Virus record (IMG/VR): IMGVR_UViG_3300010376_000073
Location: 1-39,083 of that record
Length of the DNA stretch: 39,083 bases
Direction: 5' to 3' (one strand)
Source: a virus
Taxonomy: Duplodnaviria; Caudoviricetes
The position numbers and the translations under genes were made by a program. Under the pieces are notes generated by a model that was given only the letters and a program-made list of their open reading frames with translations, was not told where the DNA came from and did no database searches. Shown in pieces: positions 17,848-26,317 of this stretch. How positions within the stretch are numbered: the first letter of the stretch is position 1; every line of letters begins with the position of its first letter.

Positions 17848-18444
17848 ATGGCTACGGTAACGACAACACCAAATCAGGTATCAGCATCAAGTGCAATGGC
17901 ATACACCTCGGAAATCGAGACGCGGTGGCGCGTTTCATATGAGAAGGTTAATAAAGATAAGGAGGGTAATGAGACAACGGAAGTTAAGACCGACCTTCTT
18001 ACCAAGGAAGAGGATTATCAGGAAATTGAGAAGACTGGAAAGTATGATGGACATACTGTTTTAGCAGTTGATTCCCAGTCTTTTCTGAAGTATAAGGCTA
18101 ATACAAAAGCTGGGATGGACGAACTCATTCCTGATGAGAAAGAATCTGTGGCAATGTGGAACAGGGGAACATCCACAAAGCAGGATAATAAGATCAGGCA
18201 GATTATGATGCAGACTCAGGAAGATGAAAATGGGAATCAGACATGGGTTTGGACACCTACAGCGGAACCTTATGATTTGCGCGAGTCTTTGAAAGTGGAG
18301 ACAAAGGTTCGTATGTCTGAGTTTGAGAAATTCGCTGCATCTGCAAAAACTATGCAGTTTACACCAGATCAGATTGAATTTTTCAAGAACTTGTTTGCAC
18401 AACGTGAGGCACAGAGTTCTGGGACTGGTGCTCTTACAGAGTAA
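17848..18444 (+). CDS. Hypothetical protein, probably highly expressed
   Basis: TAAGGAG RBS, 198 aa, followed by a strong terminator. Confidence 0.75.
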   Translation: MATVTTTPNQVSASSAMAYTSEIETRWRVSYEKVNKDKEGNETTEVKTDLLTKEEDYQEIEKTGKYDGHTVLAVDSQSFLKYKANTKAGMDELIPDEKESVAMWNRGTSTKQDNKIRQIMMQTQEDENGNQTWVWTPTAEPYDLRESLKVETKVRMSEFEKFAASAKTMQFTPDQIEFFKNLFAQREAQSSGTGALTE

Positions 18445-18471
18445 GTTTACATAGACGCGCCTATGTAATAA

Positions 18472-18510
18472 CCCCGGTATATGGTCTACCATATACCGGG
18501 GAGTTTTATT
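18472..18510 (+). terminator. Intrinsic terminator
   Basis: CCCCGGTATATGG-TCTA-CCATATACCGGGG (13-bp stem) followed by AGTTTTATT. Confidence 0.75.
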
Positions 18511-18524
18511 GTAATATAAAATAG

Positions 18525-18620
18525 TGTTTACTAGTTAGTAAACAGTGGAATGAAGTAGCGTATCTTGTTGATTCTAAACAAGATATTCTACTTGACACCA
18601 CTTTATGAGTAGGAGAATAT
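18525..18620 (+). promoter_or_regulatory. Promoter region with two palindromes
   Basis: TGTTTACTA-GT-TAGTAAACA; TATCTTGTT-N7-AACAAGATA; TTGACA(18592)-N17-GAATAT. Confidence 0.6.
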
Positions 18621-18626
18621 ATCACT

Positions 18627-19175
18627 ATGGCGAGATTCCGCTACGGTAAAAAGCGCAGTAGTTATAACTATACGCCAAAAGAAACTAAACCATTCAACGC
18701 AACATGGATACCACAGGCACAAGCTTATAAAGTCTCGTTTCCCTATAACGAAGGCTTTATAAGTTTAATCAAATCTAAAGTTCCATCTGGATACAGGGAT
18801 TATGACGAAAAGACAAAGGAGTGGTATTTTACTGAGGAATATTTTGACATACTTTTGCAGATTGCAAGGATTATGTTCAAAAGTTCGGTTTTTAACATAA
18901 TTGATAAGAAAACCGTAGAAGAATATAGTCAGGGCACTGCAATGACAGTACAAGTACCAGCAGAACAGCTTGCAAGAAAGTTTTATGCATTACTCGCAAA
19001 TGCTGGATTACAGTTAGATGGTGTTAATACAAATAAGAGTTTTCTTCGGAAATATTATCTACGGGCCGCAAAGTATTACCATCCAGATGTAAATCCAGAT
19101 GGAGCTAGTGATATGAGTAGTCTTAATCAATTGTGGTCAACTTTAACTAGTGAGGAGGTTCAATACTTCAAATGA
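18627..19175 (+). CDS. J-domain co-chaperone with N-terminal HARP-like domain
   Basis: C-terminal LRKYYLRAAKYYHPDVNPDGASDMSSLNQLWSTL is J-domain helix II-HPD-helix III; N-terminal FPYNEGFISLIKSKVP..YRDYDEKTKEWYF is HARP-like. Confidence 0.8.
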   Translation: MARFRYGKKRSSYNYTPKETKPFNATWIPQAQAYKVSFPYNEGFISLIKSKVPSGYRDYDEKTKEWYFTEEYFDILLQIARIMFKSSVFNIIDKKTVEEYSQGTAMTVQVPAEQLARKFYALLANAGLQLDGVNTNKSFLRKYYLRAAKYYHPDVNPDGASDMSSLNQLWSTLTSEEVQYFK

Positions 19176-19837
19176 GTGATAATAATAGCTTAACAAAGAC
19201 AACATCGCGCTTTGCTATTAAGAAAGTTGGTCTAAGTGCAATGGTACAACAGGCAAACGAAATGATTCCAGTAGACATGGCTAAAATGCAGAATCGTATT
19301 GGAATTATCTTCGATGACAGTGGTAGCATGAGTGGGGATGCAATTAATCAGGCGCATCTTGCCATAGAAGCGTTTGTAAAAAATTGCAATCAGTTTGATA
19401 CAGCACTCGCATTATATCCACTGAATGCAGATAAAAAGCCATTAAGTAGCAATTTTGCAGAAATCGCGCTGTATGGTATGAGCATTCCTGCAACTGGAGG
19501 CACACCACTATATGAGAAGCTAGTTGAATTATTTGACAATGAATCAATTACCCGCGCCATTGCATTTTCAGATGGTGCACCAAATCACAGTATGTCGGAG
19601 GCAATGTATGGAAAGTATATTCCTGCGAAAATTCCTATTGATACTGTATATATTGGACCAGCCGGAGATTATGGACAGAGTATTATGCAACAGATTGCAG
19701 AACGTACTGGTGGGATTTTTCTACACTTTGTTGACGTTTCAGTTATGGCAAAGGCGTTCAAATACTTAACTCCAGCATACAGGGCAATGTTGACTAGTGG
19801 GGAGTTTAGGAAAAAGATAGAAAGGGGGGAAGTATAA
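19172..19837 (+). CDS. von Willebrand factor A (vWA) domain protein
   Basis: Complete MIDAS: IIFDDSGSM, GGTPL, AFSDGAP; C-terminal MQQIAERTGGIF. Confidence 0.85.
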   Translation: MSDNNSLTKTTSRFAIKKVGLSAMVQQANEMIPVDMAKMQNRIGIIFDDSGSMSGDAINQAHLAIEAFVKNCNQFDTALALYPLNADKKPLSSNFAEIALYGMSIPATGGTPLYEKLVELFDNESITRAIAFSDGAPNHSMSEAMYGKYIPAKIPIDTVYIGPAGDYGQSIMQQIAERTGGIFLHFVDVSVMAKAFKYLTPAYRAMLTSGEFRKKIERGEV

Positions 19838-20043
19838 TGGAGGAAATACAGAAATTACTAGATACCTGTCAGAATCTGTTAGATAGTGGTATAGTAATTA
19901 TAGACGAGTTACTAGTTCGTCTTAACAAGGCTGAGAAACAGGTAGAGGAGTATGCTCTGCTGCTATTTCAACCACAAGGAGAAGCGCACCATAATGCTAA
20001 CGAATGTCCGTATTGCAAGGAGAATTTGAATGGCAAATCTTGA
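19837..20043 (+). CDS. Small coiled-coil protein with C-terminal H/CxxC site
   Basis: TAATG coupling; HHNANECPYC. Confidence 0.6.
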   Translation: MEEIQKLLDTCQNLLDSGIVIIDELLVRLNKAEKQVEEYALLLFQPQGEAHHNANECPYCKENLNGKS

Positions 20044-20212
20044 ATTACCATCTAATGAATTTGAAATTCTTAAGCAGGATGATGAAGTGATACATCTTTA
20101 TGATAAGAAAACAGACAAAATCTACGTTTATGATAAAGTCAAAAAATCATGGAGATTTCCAGCTGGTTCTCGTATTGAGTTTATTAATTATCTATTCAAT
20201 TTCAACTGGTAG
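20030..20212 (+). CDS. Hypothetical protein
   Basis: AAGGAG RBS; overlaps upstream gene. Confidence 0.55.
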   Translation: MANLELPSNEFEILKQDDEVIHLYDKKTDKIYVYDKVKKSWRFPAGSRIEFINYLFNFNW

Positions 20213-20220
20213 AGGAAAAG

Positions 20221-21363
20221 ATGACAGATGAACAAGCAGTTATCGGACTGAAGATGCAGGAAAAATTAAAGGCTATGAAGATATATGCCAGTATTATTGA
20301 CATTATCGACGGGCCGATTGTAACGGTGTATAAATTACAACTGAACAGCAGTGTACCAATTAGTAAGATTTTGAATAAAGAAGAGGATTTTGCACTAGCG
20401 GCTGGTGTGGAAAAGGTGCTCATACAGCGCAATGGCGCTACGATAGATGTATATGTGGCAAATACACAGAGAAAGGATGTAGATTTTAAGCATACGCTTA
20501 ATTTCATAATGACAGATGAAAAAGCTAAGAAGGCGGTACTACCAATTCCTCTCGGGGTTGATTTTGCAGGTGTCAACTCTTTTATCGAGCTTGTGGACTG
20601 TCCTCATATATTGCTCGCAGGCAGCACTGGTAGCGGCAAATCGGTGTTTGAAGCCGCAATCTTATCTATTCTCCAAGTATCTAGATCTCGTAGCGAAGTC
20701 CTTGTCCATTTAGTGGATACAAAGAGGATGGACTTACCATTATTTGCGAATTTACCTATAGTAGAAAGTTGCAGTACTGACTTACTTTCATTCTTAAAGA
20801 TGATGCAGTCTGTATTAGTAGAACATGAACACAGAGCGAGAAGGATGCAGAATGCATCTGTGAGGAGTATTGCAGATTATAATGCAATGGTAGGACTAGA
20901 CAATTCGTTACCACGAATACTTATATTAATAGATGAATTTGCTGATCTTGTAATGCAGGATCGGGAGATTAGACGTGGACTTGACAAGGAAGATCCTCTT
21001 AATCAATTGCCGAAAGCTGATTTCCTGTTACAGAGAATTGCTCAGATTGGCAGAGCAACTGGAATCCATATCATTGCAGCCACACAGCGTACTTCAGTTA
21101 AAATTGTTAACGGAGATGTCAAGGCAAACTTTCCTTGTAGAATCTCGCTTAGGCTACCTACGCAAGATGATTCAAGAACGATACTTGGACAAGGTGGAGC
21201 GGAAAATCTCCTAGGAAAAGGGGATATGCTAGTACAGTCTCCACATTCAGAAGAGCTAAAACGCTATCATGGGCCATTTGTAAAACATGAGGATATTTTG
21301 TATGTAGTGTCAGAATATCAACAGATAAAAGAAATGTATACCATGATAGGGGTTACTAGTTAG
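20221..21363 (+). CDS. FtsK/SpoIIIE-family ATPase (motor domains only)
   Basis: PHILLAGSTGSGKS, ILIDEFADL, GRATGIHIIAATQR, SRTILGQGGAENLLGKGDML; no N-terminal TM region and no gamma domain. Confidence 0.9.
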   Translation: MTDEQAVIGLKMQEKLKAMKIYASIIDIIDGPIVTVYKLQLNSSVPISKILNKEEDFALAAGVEKVLIQRNGATIDVYVANTQRKDVDFKHTLNFIMTDEKAKKAVLPIPLGVDFAGVNSFIELVDCPHILLAGSTGSGKSVFEAAILSILQVSRSRSEVLVHLVDTKRMDLPLFANLPIVESCSTDLLSFLKMMQSVLVEHEHRARRMQNASVRSIADYNAMVGLDNSLPRILILIDEFADLVMQDREIRRGLDKEDPLNQLPKADFLLQRIAQIGRATGIHIIAATQRTSVKIVNGDVKANFPCRISLRLPTQDDSRTILGQGGAENLLGKGDMLVQSPHSEELKRYHGPFVKHEDILYVVSEYQQIKEMYTMIGVTS

Positions 21364-21434
21364 TAACTAGCCACTAAGTCTTTGATTCCACGGTAAATAT
21401 AGATGTTGACAAAAGTGTTACACCTATAGAGGAT
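21352..21434 (+). promoter_or_regulatory. Promoter region with palindrome and IHF-like site
   Basis: GTTACTA-GT-TAGTAAC; TAAGTCTTTGATT (reverse complement fits WATCAANNNNTTR); TTGACA(21406)-N17-GAGGAT. Confidence 0.6.
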
Positions 21435-21440
21435 GGAACT

Positions 21441-22001
21441 ATGTCAAACTCATGTCAAAAATGTTATTTGTGCGATTCGGAGGAAATAGTAGGAACATGC
21501 GCAAAATGTCATAGAGCGTATTGTATGCAAGACGCGTCTAAGACAGATCCAGCGAATTATTGTGACGACTGTCTTAGAGATGTAGTGATAGAAGAGCGAA
21601 TTATAAGTAGAACAGACAGAGACTACGACTTGTGGTCTGAGGAATTAACACTTACACGAAGTACAAGTAAACTTATCCAGTTTCGAGGTATAGACTGGAT
21701 GTTTGCATGTGAGGAGATTTGTAAGCTTTCAACTGAACAATTAAAACCGAGGTTGGAATATCATAAGGCAATTGTATCTTTACTCCAGAGTGAACTAACT
21801 GCAAGAAGTGTAAAGAAGACACATGAGGTACATAATATAGATGGACATAGGGCTACGGTAAGTAAGTCGGTAAGACATAAGGCAAGTGGCCTTAATCCAG
21901 ATCAGAAGAAAATGAAGACGATGTTTGAACAAGCAATAAAGATGGGTCTGAGTATGGAACAGTTTTTTGATCTCATAAAAGGACAGGAAAAGGTACAATG
22001 A
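21441..22001 (+). CDS. Zn-finger (B-box/AN1-like) protein
   Basis: CYLC...CAKC....C..D...YCDDC at the N-terminus. Confidence 0.6.
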   Translation: MSNSCQKCYLCDSEEIVGTCAKCHRAYCMQDASKTDPANYCDDCLRDVVIEERIISRTDRDYDLWSEELTLTRSTSKLIQFRGIDWMFACEEICKLSTEQLKPRLEYHKAIVSLLQSELTARSVKKTHEVHNIDGHRATVSKSVRHKASGLNPDQKKMKTMFEQAIKMGLSMEQFFDLIKGQEKVQ

Positions 22002-22171
22002 GTGTTAGGACGGAGTGTTATAAAAAAAGAGCATATCCTACGATGGAAAGGGCAAAGAGAGCTGAGAAGAGCATGAATACGAGAAAGCCGAAGGAAAGTT
22101 TTACGGCATATCCATGTTATACTTGTGGGATGTATCATGTAGGACATACTAGGAAGAAAAAGGGACTTTAA
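21998..22171 (+). CDS. 57-aa Zn-finger protein (absent from ORF track)
   Basis: MSVRTECYKKRAY...AYPCYTCGMYHVGHTRKKKGL*; ATGA overlap upstream, stop abuts ATG 22172; C..K..Y / Y.C..C...H pattern common in phages. Confidence 0.7.
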   Translation: MSVRTECYKKRAYPTMERAKRAEKSMNTRKPKESFTAYPCYTCGMYHVGHTRKKKGL

Positions 22172-23254
22172 ATGACAAAAGAAGATGCGGCAGCAATATA
22201 TCCGCACTTCTGTACTCTCGGGGAGGATGGAGTCATGGAGTTGTACTTGGATAACATGACTCTATCCTCTTTTAGAAAGTGTCAGGGGTACTGGGGAGAA
22301 TGGATAACAAGTCATCCTGGTAAAACTCTTGTCCAGAGAGGACGGAAGTGGAGTTTCGAGTTTGGGGCATATTTTCACAAGATGATGGAGTTCTTCTATC
22401 AAGCACAACGTGAAGATTGGGAAGGGATATTCATAACGAATATAAACGGAACAGAGCAGAGGTATAAACAGGACTTAATTACCTTTCTACAGATAGTAAA
22501 TGATTATTGGGATAAGTATGATCTTAATTATTTTATGGAGAAGGAGTTTAAGACGAATATTGGTAAGACTGCACAAGTACTTGGTGGACGTATAGGTGCA
22601 ACTAATCTTTTCATGGAGTATTATAAGAAGTACTGGAGACAAGAGAGATATAGGTTTATTGGATGGGAGCTATCATTTGGACGAGATAAGAGAATTCCTA
22701 TATGTTTACCAAGAGATAATTATAATTTTAGGGGCTATCTTGTTGGTAGAATTGACCTACTTCTTGATGATACTACAAATATTTCACCACTAGATTTCAA
22801 GACAACGCAGTATTTTGATGGATTTGAACAGGAGGATTATAAACCACATGAAGGCATTCAAGGGTACGTATATACAGGTAATTGCCTCTTACCAGAAGAA
22901 TTTAAAGCTAGAGGAAGATCCTGTAATTCAGCACTCATACGTCACGTTTCAATCAGAAAACCTTCTGACGGTTCAGATAGATTTAAAACGAGCACCATCT
23001 TATATACTCATCAAGAAATGGCAACATGGAAAAATAGACAAGAAAAGACTTTTAGAGACATCTACAACGCTTTAATAAACGAGGAAGTATTAACATGGAA
23101 TACGGATTTGTGTAACATGTGGTTTTATAACAATCCTTGTCCATACCTAAAACTTCATAAAGAGCCACTAGTGGAAAGGGAAGGAATTATTAACACGTTT
23201 TATCAGATAAAGGAAGGATGGAGTCCAGAGAGAAATGGAAACGGTAGAGACTAA
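22172..23254 (+). CDS. PD-(D/E)XK exonuclease (RecB/Cas4-like)
   Basis: FG..FH, GRIDL..., LDFKT, Q.Y motif, N-terminal C and C-terminal C..CPY. Confidence 0.8.
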   Translation: MTKEDAAAIYPHFCTLGEDGVMELYLDNMTLSSFRKCQGYWGEWITSHPGKTLVQRGRKWSFEFGAYFHKMMEFFYQAQREDWEGIFITNINGTEQRYKQDLITFLQIVNDYWDKYDLNYFMEKEFKTNIGKTAQVLGGRIGATNLFMEYYKKYWRQERYRFIGWELSFGRDKRIPICLPRDNYNFRGYLVGRIDLLLDDTTNISPLDFKTTQYFDGFEQEDYKPHEGIQGYVYTGNCLLPEEFKARGRSCNSALIRHVSIRKPSDGSDRFKTSTILYTHQEMATWKNRQEKTFRDIYNALINEEVLTWNTDLCNMWFYNNPCPYLKLHKEPLVEREGIINTFYQIKEGWSPERNGNGRD

Positions 23255-24041
23255 GTTAAAGGTATTTATGCCAGATGGAAGTATTGAAACGTATAGACGC
23301 TCTATACATGGGCCACGAAAAATAGCAATACAAGGGCCGCCTAAGAGTGGAAAAAGTCATTTAGCAGCAACAGCACCAAGAGGACCAAAGTTCTTTTATG
23401 ATCCTGCCGGGCGTCTTGATAGTCTGGAAGGAATGCCAGATGTGTTTGGTAAGACTTATTATGATTCAGTAAATCCATCTAAAAGTACGGCATGGGATAT
23501 GATTGAGCAGGATACTAATATGTTCGAATATCATCATGCAAAAGGAGATCCTATACCAGGGACGTTTATTTATGATGATATAGATATTCTCATGGATAGG
23601 GCTATGCGTAAGTGTTTGGTAGATGGACTTACGCAGGTGAAGAAGTTGAAGGCTGGAAGTAATATTTATCTAGCTCCGGCAAACTGGTATCCGAAGGCGG
23701 AATTGGATATGGTGGGTAATTTAATTGCCAGGGGAATAGAAATGGGTTCTGATGTTATAGCAATTTTCCATGAGAGAGATGAAGAAACAGCGGATTCTAC
23801 CAGTGAAGATAAGAAATTTACTGGAAAGAAATCTGTACATCCACCGCGCGCTGCTGTATTTTTACCTTTGTTTAATGAGTACTGGAGATGCGTGCCAACT
23901 GGAGATGGTAAGTATGTAGTCCATACTAAGTCAAGTTACATTTTTGATGGTGCAACTTGTCTTGATGTGGAGGAAACAGAAGAAGCAGATATTACGAAAA
24001 TGGTTAACAAGAGTGAAGAGAGGAAAAGACAAAATGGCTAA
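23235..24041 (+). CDS. AAA_24 / Sak4-like ATPase (recombination)
   Basis: Walker A GPPKSGKS, FIYDD, IFHE; flanked by exonuclease and SSB candidate, the usual Sak4 context. Confidence 0.7.
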   Translation: METVETKLKVFMPDGSIETYRRSIHGPRKIAIQGPPKSGKSHLAATAPRGPKFFYDPAGRLDSLEGMPDVFGKTYYDSVNPSKSTAWDMIEQDTNMFEYHHAKGDPIPGTFIYDDIDILMDRAMRKCLVDGLTQVKKLKAGSNIYLAPANWYPKAELDMVGNLIARGIEMGSDVIAIFHERDEETADSTSEDKKFTGKKSVHPPRAAVFLPLFNEYWRCVPTGDGKYVVHTKSSYIFDGATCLDVEETEEADITKMVNKSEERKRQNG

Positions 24042-24582
24042 GATAATGTTTAAGGAAGAGAAGATTTATCAGACAAGAAAAGTGTTGGATGAGGGATTGT
24101 ATAACTTGAGGGTTGTACGATTTCAGCAGAAGTGGGGAAAACCGAAGGATGGGGAGAAGGAACATTCGAGTATAAACTTCTGGCCTATTTTAGAGGTATT
24201 AAGTAAAGCAGACGGGAGTCCTGTTCCGGTGCAGGAAAATGGAAGACCGATTGAAATCTGGTGGCCGGCATCTACTAAGTTCGAAGCCGCACTGGTAGAT
24301 TTCAGTCATGCTTGTGGTCTTCCAATGGAAACTAAGACGATAAATGGGGAAAATTATGTAAATCTTCCCGGTATTTGGTATCCAGAGGAGCAGGATGATA
24401 TTGAGAAGTGTCAGTATAAAGGTCCGATTATCGGACGGAAGTTGCAAGCGTATATAGTACCTGGAGAGTACAACAATAATCCGAAGAATGATATTCGGAA
24501 TTTTATTTGTGCTATTCCAAATTGTGCAAGCCAGTTTCCTAAGTTGGTGCATAGGACGAATTTAATTAGGAAGACTGAGTAA
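24034..24582 (+). CDS. Putative ssDNA-binding protein (DUF669-like)
   Basis: Start moved to ATG 24034; 'LDEGLYNLRV', 'IGRKL', 'EYN....N.I' pattern; follows Sak4-like gene. Confidence 0.55.
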   Translation: MAKIMFKEEKIYQTRKVLDEGLYNLRVVRFQQKWGKPKDGEKEHSSINFWPILEVLSKADGSPVPVQENGRPIEIWWPASTKFEAALVDFSHACGLPMETKTINGENYVNLPGIWYPEEQDDIEKCQYKGPIIGRKLQAYIVPGEYNNNPKNDIRNFICAIPNCASQFPKLVHRTNLIRKTE

Positions 24583-24583
24583 T

Positions 24584-24892
24584 GTGAGATGGGAAGAACG
24601 TAGTAAGTTTAGAAAAACTGCCACAGATGGTGCTATATGTGCCATCTGTGGCATTACTGCGTCTAATTCACCTACAAAACGATTAGTAATAGATCACGAT
24701 CATGGTTCAAAAGAAATCCGTGGATTTTTATGTGATCGTTGTAATGCATATGTATATCTTTTTGAAAGAGAGTACTACTGTTTTCCTCCAGCAACATATA
24801 CTAAACAATCATATTTAGACTGGGTAGAAACTTACAATAGTAAGCTTAAAACCTATTTCGAAAACACAAAAATTCTGGAAAAATTTTTATGA
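24584..24892 (+). CDS. Endonuclease VII-family (His-Me) nuclease
   Basis: CAIC...LVIDHDH....IRGFLCDRCN. Confidence 0.85.
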   Translation: MRWEERSKFRKTATDGAICAICGITASNSPTKRLVIDHDHGSKEIRGFLCDRCNAYVYLFEREYYCFPPATYTKQSYLDWVETYNSKLKTYFENTKILEKFL

Positions 24893-25995
24893 CGATTTCA
24901 CCAAAGGGAAGTCCAAAATCTCCCGTATGGGTGGTGATAGATGAGCCTTACCCAAAAGATTATGAGAATGGCGGTATTTATAGCTCTGGTCTTGGGTATG
25001 TATTTGAGCGCGCTTGGAGAGATGCCAATATATCTGAAGATCCCTTTATTTGTGCTATATACGATAACTACACTGGGGGTTATAGTACAGATGTAGATTA
25101 CAAAGCACTTGTACAAACGATTAACATGTACAAGCCACCTATTATATGTACAATGGGTGAAAAGGTAACTGCATTGTTTTGTCCAGAGACGAGGAGGAAA
25201 AAGAAACATGCTAATACAGACAAAAGTAGCCTTGAAAAGTGGGCGGGAAGTTTATTACAATCTCCCGATATCTCTTACGAACACTACTGCATTCCCCAAC
25301 TTCAACCGGACAGAGTGGTGGCTAATTGGGAATACAGATTCATATACGTTAACATTGACCTGCGACATATACGGGAGGAACTCAGTTTCTTTCACCAGAA
25401 TCAGAGACTCCAACCTTTACCAGAACGAGAGTTGATTATAGAACCCAGCTTTACTAAATTACGTGAGTATCTATATGATTGTTTCCAGTACCCACTTTTA
25501 TCAGTTGATATAGAAACTATAAGACCGACCCGAGGTAGTAAATTGCATGGAAAACATCCCGGATATCCCTATACACTTTCCATTTCATCTTCCCCAAAGC
25601 AAGGAATTTCATTTTGTTTATGGGATTATACAGAAGAAGAGACGATTGTGCTTTTTAGATTGCTTGATACTTTACTATCCTCTGTCGGTCAAATTGGACA
25701 GAATTATTTTACATTCGATGCACATTTTCTCAAAGCACTTGGGTTCCGTCTTTGTCTTGAAAAGTGCCAAGATACCATGCTTAGGCACAGTATATTATGG
25801 CCTAGTTTGCCACATAAGTTACAGTTCCTCACTAAGCATTATACGAGGCAACCGTATTATAAGGATGAGGGAAAAGGATGGAGTCCGAAGAATAAAAAGG
25901 CATTGATGCATTATAATTGTTTGGATACTACTGTTACATTTGAATGCTATCTTGGACAGGAAGAGGAATTTCAGGATAGACCATATTTAATTTAG
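24889..25995 (+). CDS. DNA polymerase A N-terminal part: degenerate family-4 UDG-like domain plus 3'-5' exonuclease
   Basis: UDG-like PKGSPKSPVWVVIDEP...G..Y....G and KPPIICTMGE; ExoI SVDIET, ExoII GQNYFTFD, ExoIII YNCLD. Confidence 0.8.
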   Translation: MTISPKGSPKSPVWVVIDEPYPKDYENGGIYSSGLGYVFERAWRDANISEDPFICAIYDNYTGGYSTDVDYKALVQTINMYKPPIICTMGEKVTALFCPETRRKKKHANTDKSSLEKWAGSLLQSPDISYEHYCIPQLQPDRVVANWEYRFIYVNIDLRHIREELSFFHQNQRLQPLPERELIIEPSFTKLREYLYDCFQYPLLSVDIETIRPTRGSKLHGKHPGYPYTLSISSSPKQGISFCLWDYTEEETIVLFRLLDTLLSSVGQIGQNYFTFDAHFLKALGFRLCLEKCQDTMLRHSILWPSLPHKLQFLTKHYTRQPYYKDEGKGWSPKNKKALMHYNCLDTTVTFECYLGQEEEFQDRPYLI

Positions 25996-26004
25996 GAGGA
26001 AACC

Positions 26005-26292
26005 ATGAAGTTTCTAGAGAAGGTACACGGGAGCAAGTGGACTAGATTATGGTTTGCTTGCTATCTGATCTATGTTGTTTACATAACCTCTATTCCAGCT
26101 TATGGGGGATGTGGGAATTGGAATGACTTCTCACCACAACAAACAGATTTGTTTATGTCTCTCAGTGCAGTGGGCGTAGGAGTTGCCTTTTTCTTGACTG
26201 GTCCATTAGGCTGGGGAATAATGGCCGGAGCCGTGGGCCTTGGTCTTCTTGGTGGCATTGAAGGAACTGCACGATTATTTATGGGATGCTAA
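26005..26292 (+). CDS. Small secreted/membrane Gly-zipper peptide (bacteriocin-like)
   Basis: AGGAGG RBS; hydrophobic leader ending IPAYG|GC; two Gly-rich hydrophobic helices; terminal GC. Confidence 0.6.
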   Translation: MKFLEKVHGSKWTRLWFACYLIYVVYITSIPAYGGCGNWNDFSPQQTDLFMSLSAVGVGVAFFLTGPLGWGIMAGAVGLGLLGGIEGTARLFMGC

Positions 26293-26317
26293 TTAAAACG
26301 TCACTTCGTCTATAAAC

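Noticed and set aside
20221-21363. FtsK as packaging ATPase or as a sign of a conjugative element
   Set aside because: A terL and portal are present; no relaxase or T4SS genes are seen.
22172-23254. cas4 / CRISPR-associated gene
   Set aside because: No array or other cas genes; the exonuclease-Sak4-SSB context indicates a recombination nuclease.
25996-26317. Group I intron or intein in the polymerase
   Set aside because: The gap is almost filled by an RBS-bearing non-nuclease ORF, leaving no room for a ribozyme core, and there are no intein motifs. Not excluded without RT-PCR.
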